A stretch of DNA of 64,000 nucleotides from Octopus sinensis (GCF_006345805.1 NC_043002.1:12276001-12340000); one strand, 5' to 3'; positions 12,132 to 24,598 are shown, counted from the first letter of the stretch. Made by a program: numbers and translations. The notes: generated by a model from the sequence alone, not told the origin.

Positions 12132-12196
12132 GGTGGTGGTGGTAATAGTAGTAGTAGTAGTAGCAGTAGTAGTAGTAGTAGTAGTAGCAGTAGTAG
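11632..12196. repeat. Compound (GTA)n/(GTG)n trinucleotide microsatellite
   Basis: About 560 bp of alternating gtagta/gtggtg blocks. Confidence 0.95.
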
Positions 12197-12552
12197 TTTT
12201 GTTGATCTTCCAGCTTCGTTATGAAAGAAATTCGTTTCGTACCGAAAGACTTTATCTCCTATGTTATGTAATTCACAAGAAACTTCGATTTAACCAGGGA
12301 TTTCGGTCAAAGTGAAAACACGCAACGGATAATATCTTAGCAATATCTTAGGAATACATCTGTTGTATAGACAAAAGCTCGTATTTAGTGGAATTGGCAA
12401 TTACGTCAGCGTGAGAAAATATTGGGATGTGAGATAAATTCGATCTTCTCTTTCTAATGTTGTTTCAATTAACACAAAAAAATATTTTAATCGTTGGGTT
12501 TTAGGGTTTTATTTTGTTGTTCAATGTTTCCTCTAAATCTTTTGTTTATCGT

Positions 12553-12757
12553 TTTTTACTTGTTTCAGTCATGTGACTGCGGCCATGCTAGAGCACCGCC
12601 TTTAGTCGAGACTTATCCTTTGTAACCCTAGTCCCTATTCTATCGGTCGTTTTTGCCGAACCGCTAAGTTACGGGGACGTAAACACACCAGCATCGCTTG
12701 TCAAGCGATGTTGGGGAGACAAACACAGAGACACAAACATATACACACATACATACA

Positions 12758-12828
<71 letters not shown>

Positions 12829-12838
12829 TATATATATA

Positions 12839-12878
<40 letters not shown>

Positions 12879-13033
12879 GACGGACTTCTTTCAGCTTCCG
12901 TCTACCAAATCTACCTACAAGGCTTTGCTCGGCCCGAGGCTATAGTAGAAGACACTTGCCCGAGGGTCCACGCAGTGGGACTGAACCCGGAACCATGTGA
13001 TTGGTAAGGAAGCTACTTACCACACAGCCACTC
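12553..13033 (-). mobile_element. SINE family C, full length with central (TA)n/(CATA)n
   Basis: Reverse complement of head gagtggctgtgtggtaagtagc...ccgggttcagtcccactgcg, body, microsatellite and tail gcatggccgcagtcacatgactgaaacaagtaaaa. Confidence 0.9.
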
Positions 13034-13249
13034 GAGATGATAGGGAGCTAAAAAGAAAAAAAAAACATTGAACATTTTCAACACACTTTTCTTTTTGCTT
13101 TCAATCAAGGTCCGAACGTCAAAGCCTGTTGAGATATTTGTACTGAGTACAGAGAAATCTTATATACTCAAAGATCTGCTCAGAGATGATGTTTCCACTC
13201 TAAGCGGAGGTGCGGATTTCGGCCTCATTTACTCCCTGCGCTCAGACAG

Positions 13250-13350
13250 TCTTGTTCACTTGAATGAGAATCGATTGAATGATCTCATTTCCGAGGATCC
13301 GCGCTACTCCACTAGAGAATTCGCCCAGCACATGGAATTTTCGCATAATA
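13250..13350 (+). mobile_element. mariner transposase N-terminal remnant
   Basis: LNENRLNDLISEDPRYSTREFAQHMEFSHNT resembles the second HTH of mariner transposases and the intact-frame stretch of the 38.4-kb mariner. Confidence 0.55.
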
Positions 13351-13559
13351 CCGGCACCATCACTTTCATTCGATCGGCAATACAGCTGAAATGTTCCTAC
13401 CTGGTTTTGTGCAGCAATGATGACGCCTTCTCTCTCTGGTTTAACGTCAGCTGCTTCGAGCTTCTTGTGTGTTCACTGACGGTCTACGATAGCGTTCTTT
13501 ACTCTTTCTTCGTACTTTCCCTCTCATTTTAAAATTAGTCGTTTCTGTCCTTGCCTTTT

Positions 13560-13745
13560 GACTGTAGATCGCCTTGACTTGCGAAGGAAAGAAGCTGGAA
13601 GAGGACTGATCCAACTACAAATCTCACATAAAACGGATGCAAATGGTCTGCCAAAGTACTTAAAGAAGACTAATGATTGGATGATGATATTAGTGACAGA
13701 ATATGAATCTCAGAAACTCTACACTGTAAATAAAATAACTGAGAC
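13560..13745 (+). mobile_element. R4/Dong-clade LINE fragment (post-RT region)
   Basis: VDRLDLRRKEAGRGLIQLQISHKTDANGLPKYLKKTNDWMM is homologous to GGRGLIQFELAYKTTTIGLAKYLEISNDWML at 15.5 kb. Confidence 0.7.
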
Positions 13746-14329
13746 ATATAGAGCCGTATTACACATTACAGAAATTGAAAACCTCAATGAAGATGGCGTA
13801 ATCGCAGTATCTCATCTAGGTCGTTCATAGACGCCCCTTTTTATAGGGGTAATGTAATATTTTGTGCATCATAATTTTCGGTCGTGTTTAGTTTTAAAAT
13901 TAAAAAAAAACAAAGCTTTTGAGAATATAAATTACAAGGGCAAGAACTTAGGTAGACTGTGAGCCATACTGTTTATAATTATTCCACGGATTTCGTATAT
14001 GCTTGGATTTCTCCGAATTTTTAAGGAAACAACTGACTATTCTGTTATGTCCTTTAGTGCGCCAATCACAGCTGATTCTGTTTCTGTCTCGGGTGCCCTA
14101 TACTGCTTATTTCAATTTGAAGTCCCTGGTACATGACATATTTACCATATTCCGTGGCAGGTACATTTTTGTCAGATGGTAATGTCATATCTAATATATG
14201 ACAATATATACGACATCTTTAACAAGGCAGGTCTGGGTATTTTTTTTGTTTTTAGTGTCTTTAAAAATATTGTCTTGGCGGTTAGCATTGATTCTGCGCT
14301 CAGTTTATACCATACAGTCCTAAAAGAAT

Positions 14330-15200
14330 AGTGATACTGTTACTTTCAGCTACTGGTTTTTATTGGAAAACCTCTGGACCAGGTGGGATTCATGGCTTCT
14401 GGTTGAAGAGATGCCACGCGGTGTATGAAAGACTAGCAGCCCAATTAAATGAGTCTGTCCAGAAAGGTACAGTCCCCGCGTGGATGGTGACTGGGAGGAC
14501 AACACTTATAATGAAATATAGAAGAAAGATGGATATTGTAGGAAACTACTGTCCCATTGCATTCCTAAACATAATCTGGAAGATACTCACTGAAATATGT
14601 GAGGCAAAAACATACACTTTACTAGTACAGGAAGAAAGACTAGTAAGGGAACAAAAAGGATGTAGGAAGACTTGTCAGGGTACCCAGGATCACCTGGTCA
14701 TCGCTAAAACAATTTTGAAACGTTGTAAAAAATATCATACCAACATGTCTATGGCTTGGATTGACTTTTAAAAGGCATATGGTATGGTGCCTAATTCTTG
14801 GATCGTTGAATGCTTGGAAATGTTTGGTGTTGCTGACAATAACACGAATTTTCTGATGCATAACATGAAAGCGTGGAAAACCAAATTGTACTCAAGTAAT
14901 GTAGTCCTTGGGGAAGTTAATATTAAAAGGGGCATCTTCCAAGGTGACTTGTTTACTCCGTTACTTTTTGTTATTGCATTAATACCCGTGAGAATGACAC
15001 TTAGGAAAGTTAAGATGGGTTACTTCTGTAGGAAGAAAGACACATCAATAGACCATCATCTTCTGTATATGGATGACCTGAAAGTCTTTGGGAAATCTGC
15101 AAAACAGATAGATTCCTTAACCAAAAGAGTCCAGAAGTGTGCTAGAGACATCGGTACGGAATTTAGGATAATCAAATGCTCAGTACTTAACTTGAAAAGT
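14330..15200 (+). mobile_element. R4/Dong-clade LINE reverse-transcriptase fragment (degenerate)
   Basis: GPGGIHGFWLK...GRTTLIMK...NYCPIAFLNIIWKILT...EQKGCRK...GTQDHL...AWIDF*KAYGMVP...RGIFQGDLFTPLLFVIAL...LYMDDLK. Confidence 0.9.
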
Positions 15201-15269
15201 GGGAAAAAAGCAGCCAAGGCCTGCAGTTACCATTAAGGGAGACCGTGGATGAAACCGACGGTGGTGGGT

Positions 15270-15369
15270 ATAGATATTTCTTCTTCTTCTTCTTCTTCTC
15301 TTCTTCTTCTTCTTTTCTTCTTCTTCTTCTTCTCTTCTTCTTCTTCTTCTTCTTCTTCTCTTCTTCTTC

Positions 15370-15425
<56 letters not shown>

Positions 15426-15438
15426 AATAATAATAATA

Positions 15439-15520
<82 letters not shown>
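15270..15520. repeat. (TCT)n-(ATT)n-(AAT)n compound microsatellite between two R4/Dong segments
   Basis: Direct reading. The strand switch from (ATT)n to (AAT)n near 15422 makes a palindromic AT tract. Confidence 0.95.
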
Positions 15521-15521
<1 letters not shown>

Positions 15522-16760
15522 GCCCAAGGAGGTCGAGGCCTGATCCAATTTGAACTAGCTTACAAAACAACCACAATTGGACTGGCCAAATATCTCGAAA
15601 TATCGAATGACTGGATGCTAAAGCTCGTGGAAAATCACGAGAGACGAAAGAAGCTTCATTCTATCATCAAGGAAAGCAAAAAATTTGCTATTGATCTCGT
15701 GCAGGATACCCAAACTGAACAACCCGAGGGAAGTACGGCAACTATTTTTGCAAAGAAGGTGAAAATGATGGCAATGAAAAAAGCGCACGAGCAATTGGCT
15801 GATAGGTGGGAGGAGAAACCTCTGCACGGCAAATATGTGACCCGCAGCAAACAAGCTGATGTTGACCAGAAGCAAACCCATCAGTGGCTGCGGAGCTCAG
15901 GGCTAAAAGCAGAGAGCGAAGGTTCCATCCTGGCTGCTCAAGACCAAAGCCTATTAACCCGGAACTACTAGGCCAATGTGATGGAAAATGGAGCAGACCC
16001 AAAATGCCGATTCTGCAACGACATGATTGAAACAGTGGACCACCAAATCTCTGGATGTAAAGTCTTAGCACCAGTGGAGTATAAATTAAGACATGACAGA
16101 GTTGGCCAATATCTCCACTGGCTAATAAGTCGGCATTATAATATCAAAACTGCCGACAAGTGGTATAATCACCACCCTGAGGCTGTAACTGAAGGAGAAA
16201 ATGTAACCATTCTGTGGGACTTTCAGTACATACAGACCGAACCATCAAGGCCAATAAACCAGATATTGTTGTGAAAGACCAAAACAATAAAGTTTGCTTA
16301 TTGATCGACATGAGCATCCCCTGTGATCATAATATCTCAGCGAAAGAGTTTGACAAGCTCAGAAAATATAAAGACCTACTCATTGAAATTGAGAAAATGT
16401 GGCATCTCAAGGCGATTACAATACCAGTGATCGTAGGAGCACTAGGAATGATCAAGAAGGGAACCGAAAATTATATGAGAATGATCCCTGGCTTACCATC
16501 CCTGCAAGAAGTGCAAAAGATTGTCTTAACTGGTACATCACACGTATTGAGAAGAGCATTGTCGATGTGAGAACTGTTGCTGCTCATGTATTTTAATTTA
16601 ACTTTAAAAAAAAAAAATTAAAAAAAAAAAATTAAAAATTAACGAACTACTGAGTTTGGTTTAATGGCCTACCAATATACACTATGAGTTTCTTTGCCCT
16701 AGGAGTCGGGAAGACACTCGGCAAGAAATGGAAGAAAATTTGAAAGAAGAAAAAAAAAGT
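15520..16760 (+). mobile_element. R4/Dong-clade LINE 3' part (CCHC zinc knuckle + restriction-like endonuclease + 3' UTR)
   Basis: KPLHGKY...LKAESEGSILAAQDQ, CRFCNDMIETVDHQISGC (CCHC), KPDIVV...LLIDMSIP...K (PD..D..K RLE), IPVIVGALG, VLRRALSM*. Ends in (TAA)n at about 16760. One stop and one frameshift. Confidence 0.92.
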
Positions 16761-16784
16761 AATAATAATAATATTAATAATAAG

Positions 16785-19215
16785 GTTAGCCACAACTATA
16801 CAGATTAAGGCACTATTGCTGTAATAGCAAGGTTAAAGCAACCGTAACGGTATTAATGGCGAAGTCGACAATATTGGTGGAGACAACAACGGCCCCTACA
16901 TCTGTCATAATACAGGGCTCAATACTAATAATTTTAATGTAGCACAAATATCTCTAACGAAACAAAAAGGAAAACTACAACAGTATACCAAATTGCTTGT
17001 CGTATGGTTAATCTGGAGGTGTTTTCCCCTGGAGAGAGCCAGCCTGGGGTCGAAAAGTCGCCCACTGGTCCAAACACTTCTCTCAATACGAATCTGGAAG
17101 GTCACTTGAACGGAAACTGCCCCAACTCGAGCCCCCGCCAAGTCCACTACCACCACACCCACCACAGAAAGAAAAATGTAATAGGATCAAATGGACGCGA
17201 GAAGAGTATACAGAAGTAATATACGCCTGTTACTATTCATTAGGCAGGCCATCTGAAGAGAAACACACTGCACACGCTTATCAAATATGGAGAACACGAA
17301 ATCAAAACTGCAGACTATATTTGGACGAAAACAAGTTAGCAAATGTTAGGAAGGGTACATTCAGAAATGAAAGACTCACAGATAGTGAAATAACCGCGAT
17401 CAAGCACGCAACGTAAAATGATCTAGATATAAGAGAAAGGAAATGAAGAACTAGATGAAGAGAATAAGAATAACTCGAGGAGTCTCAATTGAAAGCCTGC
17501 CCACTGACCAGAACATGCAATCGCAATCGTCTGGAGAAATAAATTGAAATGAACCTGATAAAGAATGCGAGGAAAGTGGTAAAGAAACAATATTTGAAGA
17601 CTACACATTTATTGCAGAACATAGAGAGTCTATTAGAGAACTGAAGCAGAAAATCCTGACTAAGCTTGAAGATAGAGAACCACGTCGTAAACTCCTAAAT
17701 AAATCCAAAATAGAAAGCTAATTAAAGTTGGAAGCTATGTAACAAAAGAAATTATACAAGAACTAAAACCAGATCTCACTGAATTAAATGAAATTATTTA
17801 CGCAGCTGCTAAAAACAATTGAGACCAGTTGTATGCTTCTGAAAAAAACAAAGAAATACAAACCTGAGAAGAATTCTAAACTGGAAAAGTAAAACTGAAA
17901 AGTAGCTTGAAATAATGAGAGGTGAAATATCAATATTGAATGAAATAATCTGTGGAAACGATGTAAAAACCAGAAAAGGAAGAAAGATGAAGAAAAAACA
18001 TAAATTAACACCAAGAGAAGAACTGCTTTCAGCAAATGAAACACTTTAGCAAAATCTCCAAGCAAAAACTCAAAGAATACGAAAATCTGAGAAGAAAAAC
18101 GAGTTTTACAAGCAAAATAAGATGCTCACATCGAATGCGAAAGCATTCAACAGAGAAATAGGGGAGGAGAAAGTAAGCCTTGAAGACACCCCACTTTCCT
18201 ACCAAGGAAGAATTTGAAAACGTCTGGGAAAATATCTAGCTGAAATATAAAAATGGCGATAAGAAAATAAGTAATCTATTTTATATGGATAACTTAAAAC
18301 TCTATGGCAAAGACGATAATGAGCTTCAAGGACTACCACGTACTGTGAAAGCATTCAGTGATGACATCAGGATAGAGTTTCGTCTTGATAAATGTGCCAA
18401 GGCCATTTTCCAGAAAGGGAAATTGAAGATCTTGCATTCAATAGTGTTGGATGTTGATACAATCATAAAAGAACTCGAGCAGAAACAAACTTAGAAATAT
18501 CATGGAATAAATGAAAACTCTGGCATTCAACATGCAAGTATGATAGAGGAGATCAGGAAGGAGTGTTATAGGAGAGTTTGAGCAGTCCTAAAATACGAGT
18601 TAAATGCACGTGATAAGGTGTTAGCTATAAATTCCTTGGCAGTTCCGGTTGTTATTTACAGTTTCAATGTGTTGAACTGGAATATGAGCGAAATAAGGAA
18701 GATTGACAGGAAAATACGTAAGTTGTTGACTTGCAATAAGATTCACCCCCACCAAAGGCAGACGCACATTGTCTTTACCTACCCAGAGCTCAAGGAGTTT
18801 GCGGCTTGATCCAGTTCGAAATCTCCAACAAAACCACCACAACTGGACTGGCAAAATATCTTGGAATATTTAACGATTGGAGGCTAAAGCTCGTTGAAAA
18901 ACCTTGAAAGACGTAAGGAGCTTCTTTCTGTTGTGAAGGAGAGTGAAAAATATTCAAGTGAGTTTATGCGTAGTACCCAGGTTTAACAGCATGGTGGAAG
19001 TGAGGCAACTGTTGTTTCAGAGAAGGTGAAACCAATAGCAAAGCAAAACGCATTTGAACATTTGACTGGTAGGTGGGAACAAAAACCTCTGCATGGCAAA
19101 TATGTGGCCCGTAGAACACAAGCTGATGTAGACCAGAAGAACACACATCAATGGCTACAGAACAAAGGGTGAAGGGTTTATCTTGGCTGCTCAAAATCAG
19201 AGCTTATTGACCTGA
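16785..19215 (+). mobile_element. R4/Dong-clade LINE, long decayed copy including the 5' region, with most of the RT domain deleted
   Basis: N-terminal IKWTREEYTEVIYACYYSLGRP motif, then a jump at about 18240 to LFYMDNLKLY, and AINSLAVPVVIYSFNVLNW...IDRKIRKLLT...KPLHGKY. Many stops. Confidence 0.8.
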
Positions 19216-19324
19216 AAATATCAAGCGATGGATGAGGGGACAATACAAGGACAGACATAAAGTGTGGCGGTTTACATATGATGAAATGATAAAATAATTA
19301 TATAAGAAAATTAACTGTAATAAT

Positions 19325-19606
19325 GTGGAGGCCTAGTGGTTAGAGCAGCGGACTTGCGGCCGAGGGATCGCGGGTTCGAATCTCAAACCGGGCGATGAGT
19401 GTGTTTATGAGCAAAAGACCTAAGCTCCACGCGGCTCCGGCAGAAGGTAACGGCGAACTTCTGCTGACTCTTTCGCCACAAATTTCTCTCACTCTTTCCT
19501 CCTGCATCTTGCAGCTCACCTTCGACGGACCGGCATCCCGTCCAGGTGGGGAACCTATTCGCCAAGGGAACCGGGAAACCGGCTTGGCTCGAGAAGGAAC
19601 AAACAA
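19325..19606 (+). mobile_element. SINE family B
   Basis: gcctagtggttagagcagcggac...ggttcgaatctc...ggctcgagaaggaacaaacaa. Confidence 0.85.
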
Positions 19607-19699
19607 GAACTGTAATAGTAACAATGACAACAACAATAAGAACCAAATTAATTAAAATAGTGATATTAATAATATTAATTGTTTTGTGATGATGCTTGT

Positions 19700-19927
19700 G
19701 ATCTTCATCATCATTATCAGCTTCAACACCATAATCATCATGACATTCCACGACGACTATGATAGTGATCACGTGGACCATACTGATGCTGCTGTCAGTG
19801 GCATTGCTGATGATGACGATGGTAATGATGATGATGATGACGACGACAATGATGATAATGATGATGATAATGATGATAATGATGATGTTGGAGACGACGA
19901 TGATGATAATGATGATGATGATGATGA

Positions 19928-19963
<36 letters not shown>

Positions 19964-20128
19964 TGATGATGATGATGAAAACAAAGACGAAGGGAATGAT
20001 AATGACAATGACGACGATGATGACGATGATGATGATGATGATTATAACAATGATGATTATGAATCTGGTCGAAGTGGTGGCTGTGGTGTTGGTGGATGTT
20101 GTGGATGCAGCTGTAGTGGCGACGGCAG

Positions 20129-20209
<81 letters not shown>

Positions 20210-20240
20210 CGACGACGACGACGACGACGATGACGATTCT
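19700..20240. repeat. (GAT)n/(GAC)n compound trinucleotide tract
   Basis: Direct reading. Source of the Asp-rich 275-aa ORF. Confidence 0.9.
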
Positions 20241-20930
20241 GTTGAAAAAGAATCTGTTGCAGAAAAACATTCTATTGGAAACAATGCAATTTCTGATAAG
20301 GTACTCGCATTTAATCTTCTCAACTTGATTTTGTTTTGGTTTTTCTTTTGTATTTTTTTTTTGCTACTAAACCAGCATACCTTTCCATACCTGAACCACC
20401 AGTACATTGTCTTGTATTCTTTGCATTCTTCCTTACCTTCTTTATTCCTTTCTTTTCGCATTTTCGCGTTACGTTCGTCTTCTTTTCAAACTCACATCCT
20501 CACTGCGTCTTAAACTATGTATATCTCTGTCGTAATCTCTCTCTTCCTCCCTCCCACTCTCTCTCCCCTTCTCTCTGTCTACCACACTCTCTCACAATTC
20601 TACTCTTCTACAAGCATATTTATATTATACACTCTTTTAGACACACTAGCAATTTTTCCAATGCTAGTTAATAAACTCTATAAACACAACAAAATTTCTC
20701 TGCAAATTATTTCATTCTCTATAAACTCATTTTACTCTTTAATACATTATTCGTTTCTTGCAGCTTTTCACGCCCATCTCCTACCATCACCTCTCACTTC
20801 CAGCCCTTCTTTGTTCCTGGCTTCGGTACACGCTTCATGATATTTATATATATACATATATATATATGTGTGTGTATATAAATATATGTATATGTATATG
20901 TATATGTATGTATGTATTATGTATTTATAT

Positions 20931-20979
<49 letters not shown>

Positions 20980-21049
20980 TATATATAATATATATATATA
21001 TAAATACATAATACATACATACATATATATATATATTATATATATATAT

Positions 21050-21408
21050 ATTGTTAGAATATATTGATAGAATGGTATGACAACAAAAGAATGAAAGAGG
21101 CCTCGATATTATGTACATGGACGAATTTATCTGTAAATATTATATGTTACAAAATACATAGCCATGATAAATTTCCGAGTTTCTGATTTCGGAGCGGAAA
21201 CCCACGTCGCCGCCTCTTCAGTTATTCGGCCATCGATAAAATGCTATGCTCTCTTGTCTTAATAACGGTCATTCACACAGTAATTTCCCTTTGTTTAACG
21301 GTCATTTTCATAGCATTCTTTTGATGGTCGGCGTGGGTTTCCGCCCCGACACCCGAAACTCGGAGTTTTATCATGGCTACCGAACACTTATCACATATAT
21401 TTACATAT
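21050..21408 (-). mobile_element. Fold-back element with a decayed hammerhead-like motif (same family as 55001-55272)
   Basis: Inverted arms at about 21128-21250 and 21310-21408. 21055-21230 is the reverse complement of about 55105-55272. The minus strand of the left arm reads ataa-CTGAAGA-...-GAAA-ctcgg. (TA)n flanks. Confidence 0.65.
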
Positions 21409-21480
21409 CAATAATACTCTATTTGTTCCACGTCCTCACGTTGTTGTGTTTTCTCTTTGTGTTTTCATGTTAGGATTAAT

Positions 21481-21517
<37 letters not shown>

Positions 21518-21580
21518 ATATATATATATTATAAAATATATATCTTATATTATGTTGTGGTAACTGACTTCAAAGTTTCT

Positions 21581-21696
21581 GCTTACGGCCATACCACGTT
21601 AAAATCACTGGTTCTCGTTCGATCACCGAAGTTAGGTAAAGTAATCTAGTGAGTACCTAGACGGGTGACAACTTGGGAAACCGAGGTGCTGTAAGC
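21581..21696 (+). pseudogene. 5S rRNA-derived sequence (diverged), head of a candidate SINE3
   Basis: gcttacggccataccacgtt...gttctcgttcgatcaccgaagttag...agtacctagacgggtgac...tgggaaaccgaggtgctgtaagc is colinear with the complete metazoan 5S rRNA but has many substitutions and no poly-T terminator. Confidence 0.85.
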
Positions 21697-21753
21697 GTCT
21701 CACACGCCTAAAGACGGTGCTCCAGCATGGCCACAGTCAAATGACTGAAACAA
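21581..21753 (+). mobile_element. 5S rRNA head fused to the SINE C / CR1-type 3' tail (candidate SINE3 or chimeric retrocopy)
   Basis: The 5S end is followed 12 bp later by ctaaagacggtgctccagcatggccacagtcaaatgactgaaacaa, nearly identical to the family C tail. Confidence 0.65.
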
Positions 21754-21761
21754 TATGTGTA

Positions 21762-22608
21762 GAGGGTGCGACGGGTAAATAGTCAACGTCATATATTTCT
21801 AATGTGGCGCATGCGCATTGTTTGTGCTTGTTTTGTCGATTGCACAATATTCAAGGGTCAGTTGGAAACAGTCTGTGAGGAAAACAGAACCATGACGCAA
21901 TTCATTCTCCCAGAAATTTGGAAACGGCATGCAGTACCGATTGGCATTCACGCCGGAGGCTCCAATGCGAGCATTTCAAGGTGTGCATGTCAATCTGAGG
22001 TCATTGCAATCGGGGGACATGTACCGAGAGTGACAAAAACCAAACAGCCAGTCATCACCATGGGGTTTGGAGTGACCACTAGTGACAGCGACGTTATGCT
22101 TCCATTCGTCTACACACACGGCGTAAGACTCAATACGGTGGTCTACAGCAAGTGCCTGGAGGACGTAGTTCTGACCTGGATCAAGAGGGTGTTTGCTGAA
22201 AGACCCTATGCCTACCAAGAAGAATCTGCATCATGCCACAAAAGCAGAACATTGTGATGGCTGTCAGACAATTTCTGCGACCCCATCACCCGTAACAGCT
22301 CGCCACCTAACACCCCAAACTGCATCCCCTTGATTATTCTGTGTGGAGCGCAGTTGAGCAAGAGCCCGACAAAACTCCTTGTGACACCAAATATCAACTA
22401 AAGGCAAGGATTATGGCAGCATTCACCAACTTAAACAAGAAGAGTTGCGGGAGGTTCCAAAGTGGATTGGAGGCTGTGGTTGAATGATAATAATTATAAT
22501 ATTTGAAGATATTTTTATGTAATTTTGGTAAATATATTTGTTAAAATGAGGTGTCAGTGTTATTTTCATTTTGCGTAATTTAGTCTACAGTTTAGTCACT
22601 GCACCCTC
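21762..22608 (+). mobile_element. maT (DD37D) Tc1/mariner transposon, internally deleted
   Basis: Termini gagggtgc...gcaccctc with TA on both sides. Peptide MGFGVTTSDSDVMLPF...GVRLNTVVYSKCLEDVVLTWI...RPYAYQEESASCHKS, followed by a P-N-T-P-N-C-(I)-P-L-D-Y-S-V-W-like motif. Confidence 0.8.
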
Positions 22609-22671
22609 TACATACATACATACAAATATATATATATATATATATATAATATATATATATATATATACATA

Positions 22672-23900
22672 ATTTCTTTTGCTTGTTTCAGCTTAGAGCT
22701 GCGGCCATGCTGATGCACCGCCGTTTTGTGCTACACTGTTATTACGAAGAACCTCCTCTAATATGTGGCACTTGGTGAAGAATGGAGTTTGACATAGCTA
22801 CTCTCATTTGCACCTCTTGCCGTGAGGTAGGTTCATCTGGGACTCTCGACAGGAAGATGTCCAGCTTTGATTTAAAAACTGCTACATCTACTTTGTGCAA
22901 GTTCCTCAGACTCTTTGGGAGAATATTAAAAAGCATGGGCCCTTGAAACTCAGGCTGTTGCAGAAACTGGTCCTGAAGTGTGATGGCATTGCTGGGATCT
23001 TTGGCACTATGCAGTGTCGTCCGGTTCTAGCATTGGGGTACAATTTGGCACAATTCCTTCCAGGATCTTCCAGACATATATTACTGCATACCTCTCCCGT
23101 CTTCTCTCTAGGGAGTAGAGTCTTAGCTGTTTCAACCTTTCCCAGTAGCTGAGCTGTTCCAAAGAGACGATCTTCTTTGTGAATCTTCTCTGGATTGCTT
23201 CAAGGTCCGCTGTTAATTTTACACTGGTGGGTGACCATAGCTGTGAGCAGTAATCGAGGCGTCTGAGGAAGAATGTCCGCCAGAGGATCATCATGGTTTC
23301 CTTATCTCTGGTTCTGAATGTTCTTAGGATCCATCCAGCCAGTCGTCTGCACTTTGTCGCCATCCTGGTAATGTGCACTTGGAAAGAGTTATCATCAGTC
23401 ATGTCGGTACCCAGGTCCCTCACAGACTTAGGCTCTGGTATTGGAATTCCCTGTGGACCGGTGTATCCTGTAAGTTTAATATTCAGTTTTGGATGCTGGT
23501 AGCGCAGGGCCTGGAATTTTTCAGCATTAGACTGCATATTATTATCCTCAGCCCATCTGTAGATAGAGTCCAGCTCCTGCTGCAGGTGTGCAACATCGCT
23601 GGGGTTCTGTATTTTCTGCGAGACTTTCGTATCGTCTGCATAGCTTGCCAGAGTGGCTATCCGGACATTTGAGGGCATATCTGAGAGGGCCACTATAAAA
23701 AGCAGTGGTCCCAAGACAGTGCCCTGTGGAACACCGCTCACTATTTGTGTGTTCATAGATGTTGCTCCATTAACCACTACTGCCTGACTCCTATCTTTCA
23801 GGAAGTCATGTAACCACACTCCAAGTTTTCCAGCTATGCCGAGGTCACGCAGTTTGTGGCATATCATACCATGATGCACTTTGTCAAAAGCTTTTGCGAA
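22672..23900 (-). mobile_element. CR1-group LINE, 5'-truncated within RT
   Basis: FAKAFDKV...SGVPQGTVLGPLLF...YADDTK...DLG...RRLDYCSQLWSP...LYSLERRRERY...FKSKLDIFL. 3' UTR ggcggtgcatcagcatggccgcagctctaagctgaaacaagcaaaag. Confidence 0.92.
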
Positions 23901-23958
23901 TATTATTATTATTATTATTATTGTTATTATTATCATCATCATCATCTCATCATCATCA

Positions 23959-23997
<39 letters not shown>

Positions 23998-24062
23998 TAT
24001 TATTATATTATTATTGTTATTATATTCATCATCATATCATCATCATCATATCATCATTATCA

Positions 24063-24113
<51 letters not shown>

Positions 24114-24140
24114 TATTATTATTATTATATTATTATCATT
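23900..24140. repeat. (ATT)n/(ATC)n tract between the CR1 5' end and the R4/Dong 3' end
   Basis: Direct reading. Confidence 0.9.
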
Positions 24141-24598
24141 GCCTTTGCACAGCTTCTAACGCTGGAGATGTACTACGGTGCCAGCTGTTCACTACCAGTG
24201 AACTAAGGTAACACCTCATATTTTCCGAGCACCTTCCGGAGTATTTGATTGATTCCAAACAGTGGTGTTTTCTGCAAGTTTTCCACCCTTATTGCAGCCC
24301 CTATTTGTTCCACATAATTCTCGAGATTTTTGCTCACTGTTCCCAGGGCTCTGACAATCATTGATACTACTGCTACCTTTTTCATCGAAAGCAACTGCTT
24401 AACTTCCCAAGCTAACCTGTCATATCTCTCGACTTTTCTCTCTTCCTTATCGCATAAATTGTTGTCAGCTGGGCATGCTTTATCTATGATCCAGCATCGT
24501 TTGTTTTCTTTCTCAATTAAGACTATGTCTGGCTTCCTATTCTCTTTCTCATGGTTGTACTGAACCATAAAATCCCATAGGATTTTGCATTTGGATAA
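24141..24598 (-). mobile_element. R4/Dong-clade LINE 3' fragment (RLE domain)
   Basis: KPDIVLIEKENKRCWIIDKACP...KVERYDRLAWEVK...VRALGTVSKNL...LRKVLG. (TAA)n on both sides in element sense. Confidence 0.85.

Noticed and set aside
13068-13532. 154-aa ORF as an intact gene
   Set aside because: Only a ~30-aa internal stretch resembles a mariner HTH, and the remainder runs through unrelated decayed repeat fragments.
19686-20513. 275-aa Asp-rich ORF with a hydrophobic N-terminus and a GGCGVGGCCGCSC patch, superficially like molluscan acidic biomineral proteins
   Set aside because: It is the reading of a (GAT)n/(GAC)n microsatellite that is open in several frames on both strands. It starts and ends in low-complexity DNA, and similar tracts occur at 45-46 kb. 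No splice or promoter support; expression data would be needed.
21581-21696. Functional 5S rRNA gene
   Set aside because: Numerous substitutions and small indels relative to the conserved 5S sequence, no oligo-T terminator, not in a tandem array, and fused to a retroposon tail.
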